Shown: positions 1-12,696 of the stretch, one piece after another
Position numbering within the stretch: position 1 is the first letter of the stretch
How the letters are laid out: every line of letters starts with the position of its first letter
The notes under the pieces: model-generated
Told to the model about the DNA's origin: nothing
What the model saw: the letters and a program-made list of their open reading frames with translations, nothing else
Database searches by the model: none
Assembly: GCA_965235115.1 (NCBI GenBank)
Contig: OZ249436.1
Coordinates: 45,448,001 to 45,512,000, forward strand
Reading direction: 5' to 3'
Length of the DNA stretch: 64,000 nucleotides
Source of the DNA: Laetmonice hystrix
Taxonomy: Eukaryota
Translations under genes and position numbers: made by a program

Positions 1-19
1 TATAATCGCACTCTTACAG

Positions 20-159
20 AGGAAGCATTCGGGAATGACCCAAACAGTCTTGCCCAGTTACTGGAGGGACTGGGAGAGACAGCCCTGGAGGGAGAGATCC
101 AGGCTCTCCAGGGCGAGGTCTCCAGTACAGACGATGAAACCGAGACGCTCCGGGAGGAG
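20..159 (+). CDS. Internal coding exon of an unidentified coiled-coil protein gene (gene A; 5' part lies outside the window)
   Basis: ctcttacag acceptor, GAG|gtgagt donor; open frame EAFGNDPNSLAQLLEGLGETALEGEIQALQGEVSSTDDETETLREE ending in phase 0. Confidence 0.8.
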
Positions 160-231
160 GTGAGTGTCACGCCAGGCCGTGAATTGCATCCGAACAATCA
201 TGTGACAAAAATCCTGGGGGGGGGGGGGGGG

Positions 232-352
232 GGGGAGGTTGGTTAACTAAGCGCGTCGGACGGTCGACGGACGGTCTGTCGCTTGGTTGTAGGCCCTGCA
301 ATTTTTGGTCCGTCGCCGGTCGGACAGTCGGACGCGCTTAGTGAAACACCCC
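232..352. mobile_element. Degenerate short inverted-repeat element (Harbinger-like MITE) in an intron of gene A
   Basis: ctaagcgcgtcggac ... gtcggacgcgcttag inverted repeat; right end gtgaaacacccc. Confidence 0.4.
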
Positions 353-674
353 CGAGGATAAGGGCTTTTGATTGGTTGGTTTTACCTAAACGACAACCAA
401 TCACAAGCCGTAAACCAGGCTAACAAATAAGATCAAACACATTTTTAGAAATAGAAACCATGCCCATGCATCATTTTCAATAATATTGGCTATACCTCCA
501 TAAATTAAACTATTGACAAAAGACTGACATGAGGAAAGTGACATGGAGGTAGTCGAGCCTGTACGCCAGAGGGCTGTCGGAAACTGGAACGAGCACCATG
601 GCTTGTCATAAACTGTGACCCAAAGAATATAAACTGTTTCCTTACAACTGAGAGGATGGAATGTTTCCCAACAG

Positions 675-731
675 GTCAAAAAAGAGAAGGGCCTGCACTC
701 GCATATCAAAAGGGAGACAGAAATTCTACGG
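675..731 (+). CDS. 57-nt penultimate coding exon of gene A
   Basis: tttcccaacag acceptor, CGG|gtaagt donor, phase 0/0; encodes VKKEKGLHSHIKRETEILR, continuing the charged helical pattern. Confidence 0.75.
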
Positions 732-819
732 GTAAGTAATACGTTACAGTCTGAATAGGTCTATAATGGAATTATATCTTATGTTAGAAAAATTCCAATT
801 CTTTCCGATATAGCTACCT

Positions 820-1532
820 TTCATGACCCTCACGGTCTCCCTTTTTTATCCCCCTGTATTATTTCATGACCCTCACGGTCTCCTTTTCTATCCCCCTGTA
901 TTATTTCATGACCCTCACGGTCCCCCTTTTTTATCCCCTGTATTATTTCATGACCCTCACGGTCCCCCTTTTCTATCCCCCTGTGTTATTTCATGACCCT
1001 CACGGTCCCCCTTTTCTATCCCCCTGTGTTATTTCATGACCCTCACGGTCCCCCTTTTCTATCCCCCTGTGTTATTTCATGACCCTCACGGTCCCCCTTT
1101 TCTATCCCCCTGTGTTATTTCATGACCCTCACGGCCCCCTTTTCTATCCCCTGTATTATTTCATGACCCTCACGGCCCCCCTTTTCTATCCCCCCTGTGT
1201 TATTTCATGACCCTCACGGCCCCCTTTTCTATCCCCCTGTATTATTTCATGACCCTCACGGCCCCCCTTTTCTATCCCCCTGTATTATTTCATGACCCTC
1301 ACGGCCCCCCTTTTCTATCCCCCTGTATTATTTCATGACCCTCACGGCCCCCTTTTCTATCCCCCTGTATTATTTCATGACCCTCACGGCCCCCCTTTTC
1401 TATCCCCCTGTATTATTTCATGACCCTCACGGCCCCCTTTTCTATCCCCCTGTGTTATTTCATGCCCTCACGGTCCCCCTTTTCTACCCCCCCCTGTGTT
1501 ATTTCATGACCCTCACGGTCCCCCTTTTCTAT
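820..1532. repeat. Intronic minisatellite, ~42-43-bp unit, about 17 copies
   Basis: Unit tttcatgaccctcacggtcccccttttctatccccctgtgtta; ends just upstream of the 1560 acceptor. Confidence 0.95.
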
Positions 1533-1559
1533 CGTGTTTTTCCACTGGCGTACTTTCAG

Positions 1560-1697
1560 AAGAGAAACGCGGCTCAACTTGCCAGGTTAAGAAGTCAACT
1601 AAAGGAAACCCAGATCAGAACTCGACACTGGAGAGAACAGGCCAGATCTCTGGAACAGAGCATACTTCACCTCCAAGTTCAACTCAGTAAGTGCTGA
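1560..1697 (+). CDS. Terminal coding exon of gene A (C-terminal coiled coil)
   Basis: tactttcag acceptor, phase 0; KRNAAQLARLRSQLKETQIRTRHWREQARSLEQSILHLQVQLSKC then TGA; in frame with the upstream exons. Confidence 0.8.
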   Translation, partial: KRNAAQLARLRSQLKETQIRTRHWREQARSLEQSILHLQVQLSKC

Positions 1698-1744
1698 AGG
1701 AGCTTCTAATCAACGCGGGAGGTGAAATAGCAATTAAAATTTGT

Positions 1745-2056
1745 GTATGCCTATTAGCTACACATGATAGCTTAACTTGTTTTAATACCTACGGGGTTGT
1801 ATGCCTATTAGCTACACATGATAGCTTAACTTGTTTTAATACCTACGGGGTTGTATGCCTATTAGCTACAGATGATAGCGTTTACCTATTTTAATACCTA
1901 CGGGGTTGTATGCCTATTAGCTACACATGATAGTTTAACTTGTTTTAATACCTACGGGGTTGTATGCCTATTACACATGATAGTTTAACTTGTTTTAATA
2001 CCTACGGGGTTGTATGCCTATTAGCTACACATGATAGCTTAACTTGTTTTAATACC
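1745..2056. repeat. Tandem repeat, 54-bp unit, about 6 copies, immediately downstream of the gene A stop
   Basis: Unit gtatgcctattagctacacatgatagcttaacttgttttaatacctacggggtt. Confidence 0.95.
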
Positions 2057-2061
2057 TGCCG

Positions 2062-3590
2062 ACTGCCGTTCAGTCCTATAACTGAGTGTGACCTTTGTAT
2101 ACAGACTGCCGTTCAGTCCTATAACTGAGTGTGACCTTTGTATACAGACTGCCGTTCAGTCCTATAACTGAGCGTGACCTTTGTATACAGACTGCCGTTC
2201 AGTCCTATAACTGAGCGTGACCTTTGTATACAGACTGCCGTTCAGTCCTATAACTGAGCGTGACCTTTGTATACAGACTGCCGTTCAGTCCTATAACTGA
2301 GTGTGACCTTTGTATACAGACTGCCGTTCAGTCCTATAACTGAGTGTGACCTTTGTATACAGACTGCCGTTCAGTCCTATAACTGAGTGTGACCTTTGTA
2401 TACAGACTGCCGTTCAGTCCTATAACTGAGTGTGACCTTTGTATACTGACTGCCGTTCAGTCCTATAACTGAGTGTGACCTTTGTATACAGACTGCCGTT
2501 CAGTCCTATAACTGAGTGTGACCTTTGTATACAGACTGCCGTTCAGTCCTATAACTGAGTGTGACCTTTGTATACAGACTGCCGTTCAGTCCTATAACTG
2601 AGCGTGACCTTTGTATACAGACTGCCGTTCAGTCCTATAACTGAGCTTGACCTTTGTATACAGACTGCCGTTCAGTCCTATAACTGAGCGTGACCTTTGT
2701 ATACAGACTGCCGTTCAGTCCTATAACTGAGTGTGACCTTTGTATACAGACTGCCGTTCAGTCCTATAACTGAGCGTGACCTTTGTATACAGACTGCCGT
2801 TCAGTCCTATAACTGAGTGTGACCTTTGTATACAGACTGCCGTTCAGTCCTATAACTGAGTGTGACCTTTGTATACAGACTGCCGTTCAGTCCTATAACT
2901 GAGTGTGACCTTTGTATACAGACTGCCGTTCAGTCCTATAACTGAGTGTGACCTTTGTATACAGACTGCCGTTCAGTCCTATAACTGAGCGTGACCTTTG
3001 TATACAGACTGCCGTTCAGTCCTATAACTGAGCGTGACCTTTGTATACAGACTGCCGTTCAGTCCTATAACTGAGCGTGACCTTTGTATACAGACTGCCG
3101 TTCAGTCCTATAACTGAGTGTGACCTTTGTATACAGACTGCCGTTCAGTCCTATAACTGAGCGTGACCTTTGTATACAGACTGCCGTTCAGTCCTATAAC
3201 TGAGCGTGACCTTTGTATACAGACTGCCGTTCAGTCCTATAACTGAGCGTGACTTTTGTATACAGACTGCCGTTCAGTCCTATAACTGAGCGTGACCTTT
3301 GTATACAGACTGCCGTTCAGTCCTATAACTGAGTGTGACCTTTGTATACAGACTGCCGTTCAGTCCTATAACTGAGTGTGACCTTTGTATACAGACTGCC
3401 GTTCAGTCCTTTAACTGAGTGTGACCTTTGTATACAGACTGCCGTTCAGTCCTATAACTGAGCGTGACCTTTGTATACAGACTGCCGTTCAGTCCTATAA
3501 CTGAGTGTGACCTTTGTATACAGACTGCCGTTCAGTCCTTTAACTGAGCGTGACCTTTGTATACAGACTGCCGTCCAGTCCAATAACTGA
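2062..3590. repeat. Homogeneous minisatellite, 43-bp unit, about 35 copies
   Basis: Unit gactgccgttcagtcctataactgag(t/c)gtgacctttgtataca; essentially one polymorphic position. Confidence 0.97.
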
Positions 3591-5613
3591 CTGTAACCAT
3601 GGAGACCGTCGTAGATCACGTTTACGGCCAGTAAGATTCGTTGGAAATACATGAAACTCTCGCTTGCGGCCAAAGTCATGTTCAGATAAGGCTGACCAAG
3701 GAGTTCTAGCGGGCTTATATGATATATTCCAATAACTATGTATACTCGACTAATTAGGACGATCGTCATAAATAGGACGATGCACATCTCGAAATTCATG
3801 AATTCCTATGAAAATCATAAATCCATGAAGGTTGATGAGGTCGTGTAATACGGTTGGTCGGAATTTTCTGACTTCGTCGATCACACTAAATATTATAGTA
3901 CAGGTCATCGTTATCAAGTTCAGCCAATGCACGTCAAGACATGATTCCGGAAGGGATATGTGGAAAACCTTGTGTATAAATGTGTAACAAGTATTATAGG
4001 AAAGATAGACTTTACGTGGCCCGTCTTTGAAACCATTGTTGAAACTTTCGTTCTGAATCAAGTTGTAAGTTGGTTTTCTCCCTCTTCTTGTTTATAAACA
4101 AGTGGTTATAAAAATGAAAATACTGACATGTGTGCAGTATAGATTTCCCAACATGATCTCTTGGGCTCTCTCATTCTGCTCTGGGTGAGCACTCAATAAC
4201 CTGCACAACCCCCCAGGCCGTTTGACTTCTCCATCGTTGTTATGGAAATTAGTGAATCAGAAATCTGAGGTCGTTAAGTGCTTCAATCATCCAGGGTACT
4301 ACAGGGTAATGGTTATACCATAATAAGGGCCCCTCATTACACGTAGTGGACCTATTGGTAGAACAAACACTGATACTAAAAACGGTCAACCGCTAAAATA
4401 AATGCAACAAGTGTGCTGACATACGCACTTCAACGCATTACAATGTAGGCCCATGATGTTTCTGTGGGGAACTTCAAGGGTCTGTCGTAATATTTTTCCT
4501 GCCAGGAACACCAAGCATATTTTTCCTGCCAGGAATACCAGGCATACGTTTGCCAAAAACTTGTTTCTTGTCCTACATTGTCAACGTGGATAACAACAGT
4601 TGTCTAGGGGTCTTCGAGACAGGAACGCTGCCAACCATTGACGTGTGTTTTTGGATACCATGTGATCAGAGTTCCCGCGCATGCTCACTTGGTGTGTTTC
4701 CACTCGGTGGAGTTGGCAGACCTGTGCTGTTTAGGTAATTCCCACCCGTTTCACTGTTTACAGTCATATAATATGAACCGCTTACTAATATGACCATCAT
4801 ATTTACATGCTACCAGAGCAGGCGAAGTGTTAGTGGACAATAAACTAATTTACACAGAGGCACTCGTTAATTAACAGAATTGTACTGGTGCTTCAGTCTG
4901 TCCACGCTAACTTGAGCTCCATGTATTTTCATGATATGCAAGGTCAGCTTTGTTGAGTGCCGGCTGCCGGCCAATGATTGAGCTGGGTGCTGGAGACTAC
5001 CCACGTGTAGGGGGCAGCACATGGTTTGACCACAGGCAGCCAGCTCTGCCGGCCACTGTCACTGAACCTGTACACACTGCATGGTTTGAATGACGGGCCC
5101 CTCCCGTCCCCCATTGGCCGGTATTGGGTTACGTTAGCATTGGGCCAACCCCCACCATTAATGAGACCCCGCCCCGGGCTCAAGTTAACGCGAACAGACT
5201 GTAGGCCTATATATAGTTGACCACGATGAACAGACTTTTTAAAAGTCGATTAGATCTACACACTAAAGTCTTGTAAAGAGTCAAAACCGGCCCTGCAGCG
5301 TTAGTTTACAGGTACGAAATGTTTTGCCCCATTTCTATTCCCCTTTCAATATTAGATCAAAGAACGGCCAACCCTCGTTTCTCAATGCAAATTTAACATT
5401 TTTTCACTGGCGATTCGGAGGGGGGCGGGGGGGGGCATAAATTTTACGGGTTAAGACGCCTTCTTCTTTGTCTGAATTTTATTCCGTCCACACATAGCGT
5501 ACTGGTAATAATAAAAGTGACGTGGTTGAACAGGAATGCATAGTAAATTGAAACTGAATAAGTTTTCACCAGAGTTTTCACCCCTAGCTGGGTTTGGCAG
5601 AAGAAGACAATAA

Positions 5614-6165
5614 TTAGTCCAGGACGATGAACGCCGTCCTGTCTCTGTGAGTGAGGCTGTTGTTGTGGCTGACTGTGGGCACTCCTGAGCCTTGTAGTAC
5701 GGACGCCTCCCGCTGGAGGGACAGCGGGCGGAACGGCTTCCGGTTCTGCGCAACCCAGTGTTCGCGCAGATGGAAACATCTGGGACAGGAGCAGTCCAGT
5801 TTCCATGGCGCCTTGGCTCCGAGTCTCGCGTGCCTCATGAACGCCTCATCCACAACATCAATGTGGATCTCAAAAGACGGTTGCTCGACGGGCTGCGCCA
5901 CCGGGACGGTCTCGCCGGTTACCATGACACCGGCGCGCGAGTTACCATGGAGATGACCTGTCGGCAGGGTTGACTCCACGATGACGGGAGGCCGCGGAGT
6001 CAAGGCGGGCAGGCGCCCCTGGTGGCGGGCGGAAGAAACAGCCGCGGTGGTGGCGACCGGCGAGGAGAATTTTTCATACTGATGCGGCATTCGGTCTCGT
6101 TGCTGTTGGAGACGTGACGATAGGTCTGAGAGAGACGCGCCCAGGTGGGTCTTGTAGAGATGACC
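5614..6165 (-). CDS. Terminal coding exon of gene B (uncharacterised ~213-aa protein)
   Basis: ctatacattcag|GGT acceptor on the - strand; GC-rich 183-codon frame GHLYKTHLGASL...FEIHIDVVDEAFMRHARLGAKAPWKLDCSCPRCFHLREHW...AFIVLD-TAA. Confidence 0.75.
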   Translation of the reverse strand, partial: GHLYKTHLGASLSDLSSRLQQQRDRMPHQYEKFSSPVATTAAVSSARHQGRLPALTPRPPVIVESTLPTGHLHGNSRAGVMVTGETVPVAQPVEQPSFEIHIDVVDEAFMRHARLGAKAPWKLDCSCPRCFHLREHWVAQNRKPFRPLSLQREASVLQGSGVPTVSHNNSLTHRDRTAFIVLD

Positions 6166-6627
6166 CTGAATGTATAGACAATATCTCACGCCTGTTATTA
6201 CAATCACAACAAAGAAGCAATATCTAGGGGCAGGAGCACTTTTCACCTGATGGGTGATAATGGCCACAAGATTTTTTCTGTAGTTACAGAATCACCGTCG
6301 GTGTACAATCAGGTGGTTCAATTAGGTCTCAGAGCGGTATCTGGAACGTCCTTGCACCAGCATAAGTAACTGCCAAAGGTCATCATTTAGCCATGTAATT
6401 ATAGGCTGCAACGAATGCAGGAGACTTGGAATAGAAATACACTATAATGATCAGACATAATTGACAACAACCGTTCATTATGTGCTCAACTAGGTTTTGA
6501 TTTCTCTAAGTCTGGTATATATATTCGCCCGTGTTTTAAAGGGAAATGTGAGTGTTCGACGGAATTTGATTGACCACTAGAATTTTCAAAATATTTTTAT
6601 GGGGGATAGCATTTGTCCTTAGGAGTA

Positions 6628-7529
6628 CAGTGGTCCCCCTGTTAAAGACCACCCCTTATAAGCGACCACCCGCCTCTAGCGACCGCATTTCCACTGCATT
6701 AACCACTTCACACTATAATTCCACCCTTATAAGCGACCACCCGGCACTAACGACCAGCGACCGGCATATCCCTGCATCAACTCCACTGGTCACCCCTTAT
6801 AAGCGACCAGCCTTTGAGAATCAGCCAGCCGTGGCTAGTCATAACACTGTTGTCTCCCCATGCCCGGCTGCCTGGCATCCTGCCGACCGAACACCAACAC
6901 CCCCAACCCCCACCCACCCACCCACTTCAATCCCACAATGGCCACGTGTCTCACATTGCCTGCCCGGCCCGACCACCTTGCCTGCCCGGCCCCACCACGG
7001 CTGCTAGGCCCAGTCTCTCACCTTCCCCGCCAGGCTTCCATCACACATTAAGCTAACAGTTTTGCCCCCCTTCCTACTACCATGCCTGTTGAAACCCCCT
7101 AAAAAAGCGTGGCAGAATGCAGTGCAAATTGTAGACTTTGCTCTGAAACAGCAGACCTACACAGATGCTGGACTGCATTTACAAACTGCAAGACTTGCTA
7201 AAAGAAGAGTCTAGAAAAGCCGTAAATGAAATGAAACAGACAAGACTAGAGTCTTTCCTTAAATAAAATTAAATATTTTTTGTCTCTCTGAACTGAAACT
7301 TTGTCATGTGGGGTTATTTGGCAAGAATAACTCCACACGTGCCTCCCTCTTTGTCCCCTCCCTCTAACTGGAAAGTCGCCACCTAGTGTTAACTGTGTGT
7401 AGTTATCTGACATGTAGCCACCTGGTGGTAACCATGTGTACTTAACGATCCCTCGTTTAGGCGACCACCCGCCACTAGCGACCACGTTCTCTCTGCAGCA
7501 GGGGTGGTCGCTTATGAGGGGGACCACTG
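6628..7529. mobile_element. Non-autonomous Tc1/mariner (pogo/Tigger-like) element in the intron of gene B
   Basis: TA|CAGTGGTCCCCC ... GGGGGACCACTG|TA; repeated subterminal (ta)agcgacca motifs. Confidence 0.85.
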
Positions 7530-8350
7530 TACATGACTAATAGTTAAAAAAACGACCACTGATTTTTCTCCTGAAACTCGGTGACAAGGTAAAGGTGATC
7601 GGGACTAATAGTTTAAAACAAAAAAATTGGGGGTCACCGAATCCAAAAAAAAAGTTACAGCCCGCCAAACAGTCAGTGCAGGTTCTGGCACACAGTTTGG
7701 TCCATGGTTTAAAAAATACTACTGACTTCCACATCAAACTAGTTGACTGCATAAATAAGCTAAACATTTTTCTGGTACAGCTCACTACGCGGCGCTTTGA
7801 ACACTCACATTTCCCCAGTGGTACCAACGCGACTCACTAGGCGGCGCTTTGAACACTCACATTTCCCTATAATTTCATGACTTTTGCTTTTAAAAACGCG
7901 AACTCAATGATTTTATTAAGAAAATGTCTTTTATTTTTGGGCGGGATGCGGTTTCGATATCGCCGATGTCAGAAATGTCACACCAGCCGTAAACAAAATT
8001 CATCCATGTAATATGTCACACTCCGGGAGAGATATGTCGACGGCGCGCGACCTTTGGGTGATCTAAAGGGTTAGTATCAACATGTATACATACAATCATT
8101 TATGTGGCCTGGAAAGCTGCTCGCCTAGATCAGTATTGACTGTAGATTGATCAACATTTGGTTTCATCATTAAAGTTTGTGCCACCTTCATCATTAATCC
8201 ATGCGGTGTTGTATTCGAATACAATAAGTTTCTCAATCGGATTAATTCACCGTTACAGCTTACAACTTACACAAATGTCATCAAGCTGAACTATGGACGA
8301 CTTTCAACAGTTAAGGCGATATGATCTGGCCAGGATATACGTCTAGAATG

Positions 8351-9194
8351 GTGGGTTACAGGTAGGCCTACCTTAGGTCCCGGACGGTTCCGTAATCAGT
8401 GGGTTACGGGTTCTACCTTAGGTCCCGGACGGTTCCGTAATCAGTGGGTTACGGGTTCTACCTTAGGTCCCGGACGGTTCCGTAATCAGTGGGTTACGGG
8501 TTCTACCTTAGGTCCCGGATGGTTCCGTAATCAGTGGGTTACGGGTAGGCCTACCTTAGGTCCCGGACGGTTCCGTAATCAGTGGCTTACGGGTAGGCCT
8601 ACCTTAGGTCCCGGATGGTTCCGTAATCAGTGGGTTACGGGTAGGCCTACCTTAGGTCCCGGACGGTTCCGTAATCAGTGGGTTACGGGTAGGCCTACCT
8701 AGGTCCCGGACGGTTCCGTAATCAGTGGGTTACGGGTAGGCCTACCTTAGGTCCCGGACGGTTCCGTAATCAGTGGGTTACGGGTAGGCCTACCTTAGGT
8801 CCCGGACGGTTCCGTAATCAGTGGGTTACGGGTAGGCCTACCTTAGGTCCCGGACGGTTCCGTAATCAGTGGGTTACGGGTAGGCCTACCTAGGTCCCGG
8901 ACGGTTCCGTAATCAGTGGGTTACGGGTTCTACCTTAGGTCCCGGACGGTTCCGTAATCAGTGGGTTACGGGTAGGCCTACCTTAGGTCCCGGACGGTTC
9001 CGTAATCAGTGGGTTACGGGTAGGCCTACCTTAGGTCCCGGACGGTTCCGTAATCAGTGGGTTACGGGTTCTACCTTAGGTCCCGGACGGTTCCGTAATC
9101 ATTGGGGTACGGGTTCTACCTTAGGTCCCGGACGGTTCCGTCATCAGTGGGTTACGGGTAGGCCTATCTTAGGTCCCGGACAGTTCCCTAATCA
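8351..9194. repeat. Intronic minisatellite, 45/48-bp unit, about 18 copies
   Basis: Unit gtgggttacgggtaggcctaccttaggtcccggacggttccgtaatca with a shorter gggttctacc variant. Confidence 0.95.
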
Positions 9195-9405
9195 TGGTAT
9201 CTGACGGTAGGGGAAAACCTTAACACTTCTGTCATAAAAAAAATTAAATAAAATAACATCCAAAGGCAAGACTCTCGGGCAAAGGAGACGCCCCGTCAAG
9301 ACTCCCGCGGGAAAACGCCCCCCCCCCCCACGCCCCGTCAAGACATATTTAAACTTGTCCTCATAGTCAGACGGTTTGCCAGGACAAACGGGCCCATTTT
9401 CTTAC

Positions 9406-9495
9406 CTTGGACAGGAGATAGTTACTCCCGGGTGCGGGCATGCCATGATGTATTGCCCTAAACTGGTTGCCGTCCTCAATATCTGCGTTAGACAT
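9406..9495 (-). CDS. First coding exon of gene B
   Basis: GCCGTCGCCATG Kozak-like start with an upstream in-frame stop; MSNADIEDGNQFRAIHHGMPAPGSNYLLSK; AAG|gtaag donor in phase 0, matching the 6165 acceptor; possible UTR acceptor tttacag at 9739. Confidence 0.65.
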
Positions 9496-11068
9496 GGCGA
9501 CGGCTAGGAAGGGATCATGAACTGCTTGCTGCAGGTTACCGGGTCTCCGGTCCGGGAAGGTTGGCTTGACGGTGGGAACACACGGCACCGCCCTCAGTGC
9601 GATACCAGGCGATTATAGAACTACATGTATACCAGAGACTGCCAGGCGGCCGGGTCTCTCTCCCTGCCAAGCCGGATATACTTGGTTCATGTATACGGTC
9701 CACACATCAACTACTACGGCCTACGACTCCCGCAACAACTGTAAACGTATAGTCTATAATGGTCTATAATCCGGATTGGGAAGAATGCCCAAACTTGCCT
9801 GTGCCTGTGTATATAGGATATGGACGCCAAGGATTTGCTTTCTTTATAATAAAAGAGGATTAAACTGGGTTCTCTGCCACGGCCGGGCGGTCGGCCAACT
9901 CATGCAGATGGGGTTAAAATAAAAATACTCTCGTTGCATTGATTTTTCGTTCCCCTGCATTCATATGAAAAAAAAGTTCTATTTTACCGGGAACAAAGAG
10001 CATATTGTTGACAAAAATCTCTAAAAATTCGATTTAGGAACGTTTAAAATACTTGACGGTTTTATATTATTACTTCTAGATAATGCTATACTTGTAAAGT
10101 ATAGGCCTATCGAGATGACGTTGCGCAGGTCCTATTGCATATAGGCTACATATTCCTGGTGCCAGGACCAGCACTTGCATGATGTGTTCCTGAAGGACAG
10201 TCGGTTTTATAGGTTTAGTACTGTCGAACTGTACAAGGTGTGTATGAATTACTATTACAGGCAGACCTCATGCCCACCGTACAATTTAAACAAGTTGTGT
10301 GCCGTTTGCCTCGATCACCTTTTCTAGTTCGGCACCAGGGGGCAGCAGTCGGTCGGGTCCTTATTTTTTGGCCCTCTGGCGGCGGTAAATATGTTCCTTC
10401 ATCGCCAGTTAGCCTACGTCTTGATTGCAAGTTCGTGGTCCGGTTGCACATCGGGCACTATTCCAGGGAGGCCAGCCCCCCCCCCTTAAATTTTCCTTTG
10501 GGGGGGGGGGGATGAAGATGCATTATTCGGACCGTGAAACCATGGATTCCAACCAAATTATTTTAAAAAGCCTCCTAGATATTGTAGGCCTACGTGATAG
10601 TAACATCGGGCCCAAAATTAGGGCCTCCTCAGTCGTCCAGCAGCAACATAACTCTGGGCCATGCAACATTATTGAAATAGACAAAAAGGGGGCAATGGCC
10701 ACAACCACAATAAGATCATGCCGAGCGAGGGTAAATTTTTGGAAATCCTGGATCCCCCCACTTAGGCCTATATGGTATCCTAATGATCAATGTTAGGAAG
10801 AGACTAAAAATTTGAGTTAATTAGGTATTTTACTGCCATGTTTTGCCCTGTGTCATCAGAGCTGTGTTATGAAACAGGCAATAAATTGAGCCTTGTCATC
10901 CGAGTTTGCTCATACTCACGATTACACCCAGTTGCTGAAATGACCGTTCACAGAATCCTGCATGGAGCCCTGGATAAGCCACAGGAGCGTATGGGTAGCA
11001 AATTAAGACACGTCCCCCGTTTGCCGAACTAGGCCTATTTCTTTGGAGAAGCTAGGCCTATAGATATC

Positions 11069-11930
11069 TAACGGGTGGATAAAAAAAAAACGCCCCGAAC
11101 TTTAAACTTTAATATTTCAAAAACTATGCATTATAATTCAATAAAATTTCTTTTAGTATCACTTCATGATATTATCTCTGGTATGTTAAAGTTTCAGCTC
11201 AGTAGTTTTGATATTAATCCCGTGGCGCTAAAAACAAAAATCAGTGTCTAAAAACGCAATGCCGGAATTAGGTCAAATATCATGCAGCTGCCAGGTGTCC
11301 AATTTGATACGTGTTTGATGCACCGCGTTGTACCTTGGGTAAAAACATTTTCAATATTTAGTTTTTGCATGTTTTACAATATGTATAATGTGGACCACTA
11401 GATATAATAAATTATGTGCTATTCCTAGTACTTCTAGAGAAAACCAGATGTTTAATGTGCCAAACCCTACAGAGAAACTGCAACATTAGGACGATAGAGT
11501 CTATGACTGTAACCAGAAGTTCAAGGGAAATCGTATCATTATCACGTTTAGCAACACGTTCAGAACGTTGCTTATTTCCCAATGTTGGGAAGATATTTCC
11601 CTATCAGAGATCAGGAAGTGCATTGGCTCATGGAAAAAGAGACTGAGAGCAGTATGAAGTGAAAACGGGGGACCGATTGACCACCTACTCGAGTGTGAGG
11701 CCAGGCACTCTGGGTGCGACTACACCTCGCTTTAGCACGGCATTGCGCTTTTGTACAATTATTTTTGTTTTTAGCGCCACGGAAATATTATCCAAGCTAT
11801 TGACTTGTAACATTAACAACTAAGAGACAACATCATGAAGTGATAGGAAGAAAAATTTAATTGAATTACAATCATTACTTTTTGAAATATTGAAGTTTAA
11901 AGTTCGGGGCGTTTTTTTTATCCACCCGAG
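11069..11930. mobile_element. Non-autonomous Tc1/mariner-superfamily element with ~200-bp TIRs
   Basis: cgggtggataaaaaaaaaacgccccgaactttaaact...gcaatgccg mirrored by cggcattgc...agtttaaagttcggggcgttttttttatccacccg; TA-flanked; TIR motifs shared with the 63171 element. Confidence 0.85.
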
Positions 11931-12487
11931 TACTTGTAGCGGATTTCCCCGTGACACCAGCCGAACCGGTGGTTAATCGAAAGACAAACACCCAGCGTAA
12001 GTAGGCCTATCACTGCTTGACACCCCTTTTCGATAGGCATGGGCCTACTTTATGTCACTGGTGTAGTAATCTAACGAGTGAGGTGGCGCGCATGTTCCTA
12101 TTTGGTCCGTGAGTGATTATGTAATCAGAGAGAGGCCTTTCTCCGAACGACCCAAAGATTGCCGAAGATTGCCGAAAGGACTCGAGCGTGAGTTGGTATA
12201 CAAGACGATGATAGTTCACACATATGACACTAGATGGCGTCAACCAAACTCCGGAGAACGGCTCCCCCGACGTCTTCCATACTCCCCAGCTGTATATGAA
12301 TGCTTCTGTTAATGGTATTTGTCGGTGCTGCCATCTCACCATAGAGCTGCGAACTAAGTTTATCCATTTCAATTAGAATATTATGTTATTTTGAGTTTAT
12401 TTCCCCGTACAAGGACAAGTCAATAATATTGGCGAACATTTCGTAAGCGAGTAGGCAATAATTTTTTTTGACAGCAATCTATAAACC

Positions 12488-12696
12488 CAGTAGCGTCGGA
12501 AGATAATTTTTCAGGGGGGGGGGGGGCTGAAGTCGGCCTAGGCAGACTCTGGCCCTGTTCGGGCCCACCCATTGACAAAATAGGCTGACAAATGGCCTAG
12601 CCTATACAGCTGAGTGAATTTCGGCGGAGGGGGGGCTCCTATCTCTGCTTGGATCACAGGGGGGACACCCACCCCGCCCCTGGTTCCGACGCCTAT
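12488..12696. mobile_element. MITE with 14-bp imperfect TIR and 5-bp TSD
   Basis: AAACC|cagtagcgtcggaa ... ttccgacgcctatg|AAACC; internal poly-G tracts. Confidence 0.7.
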
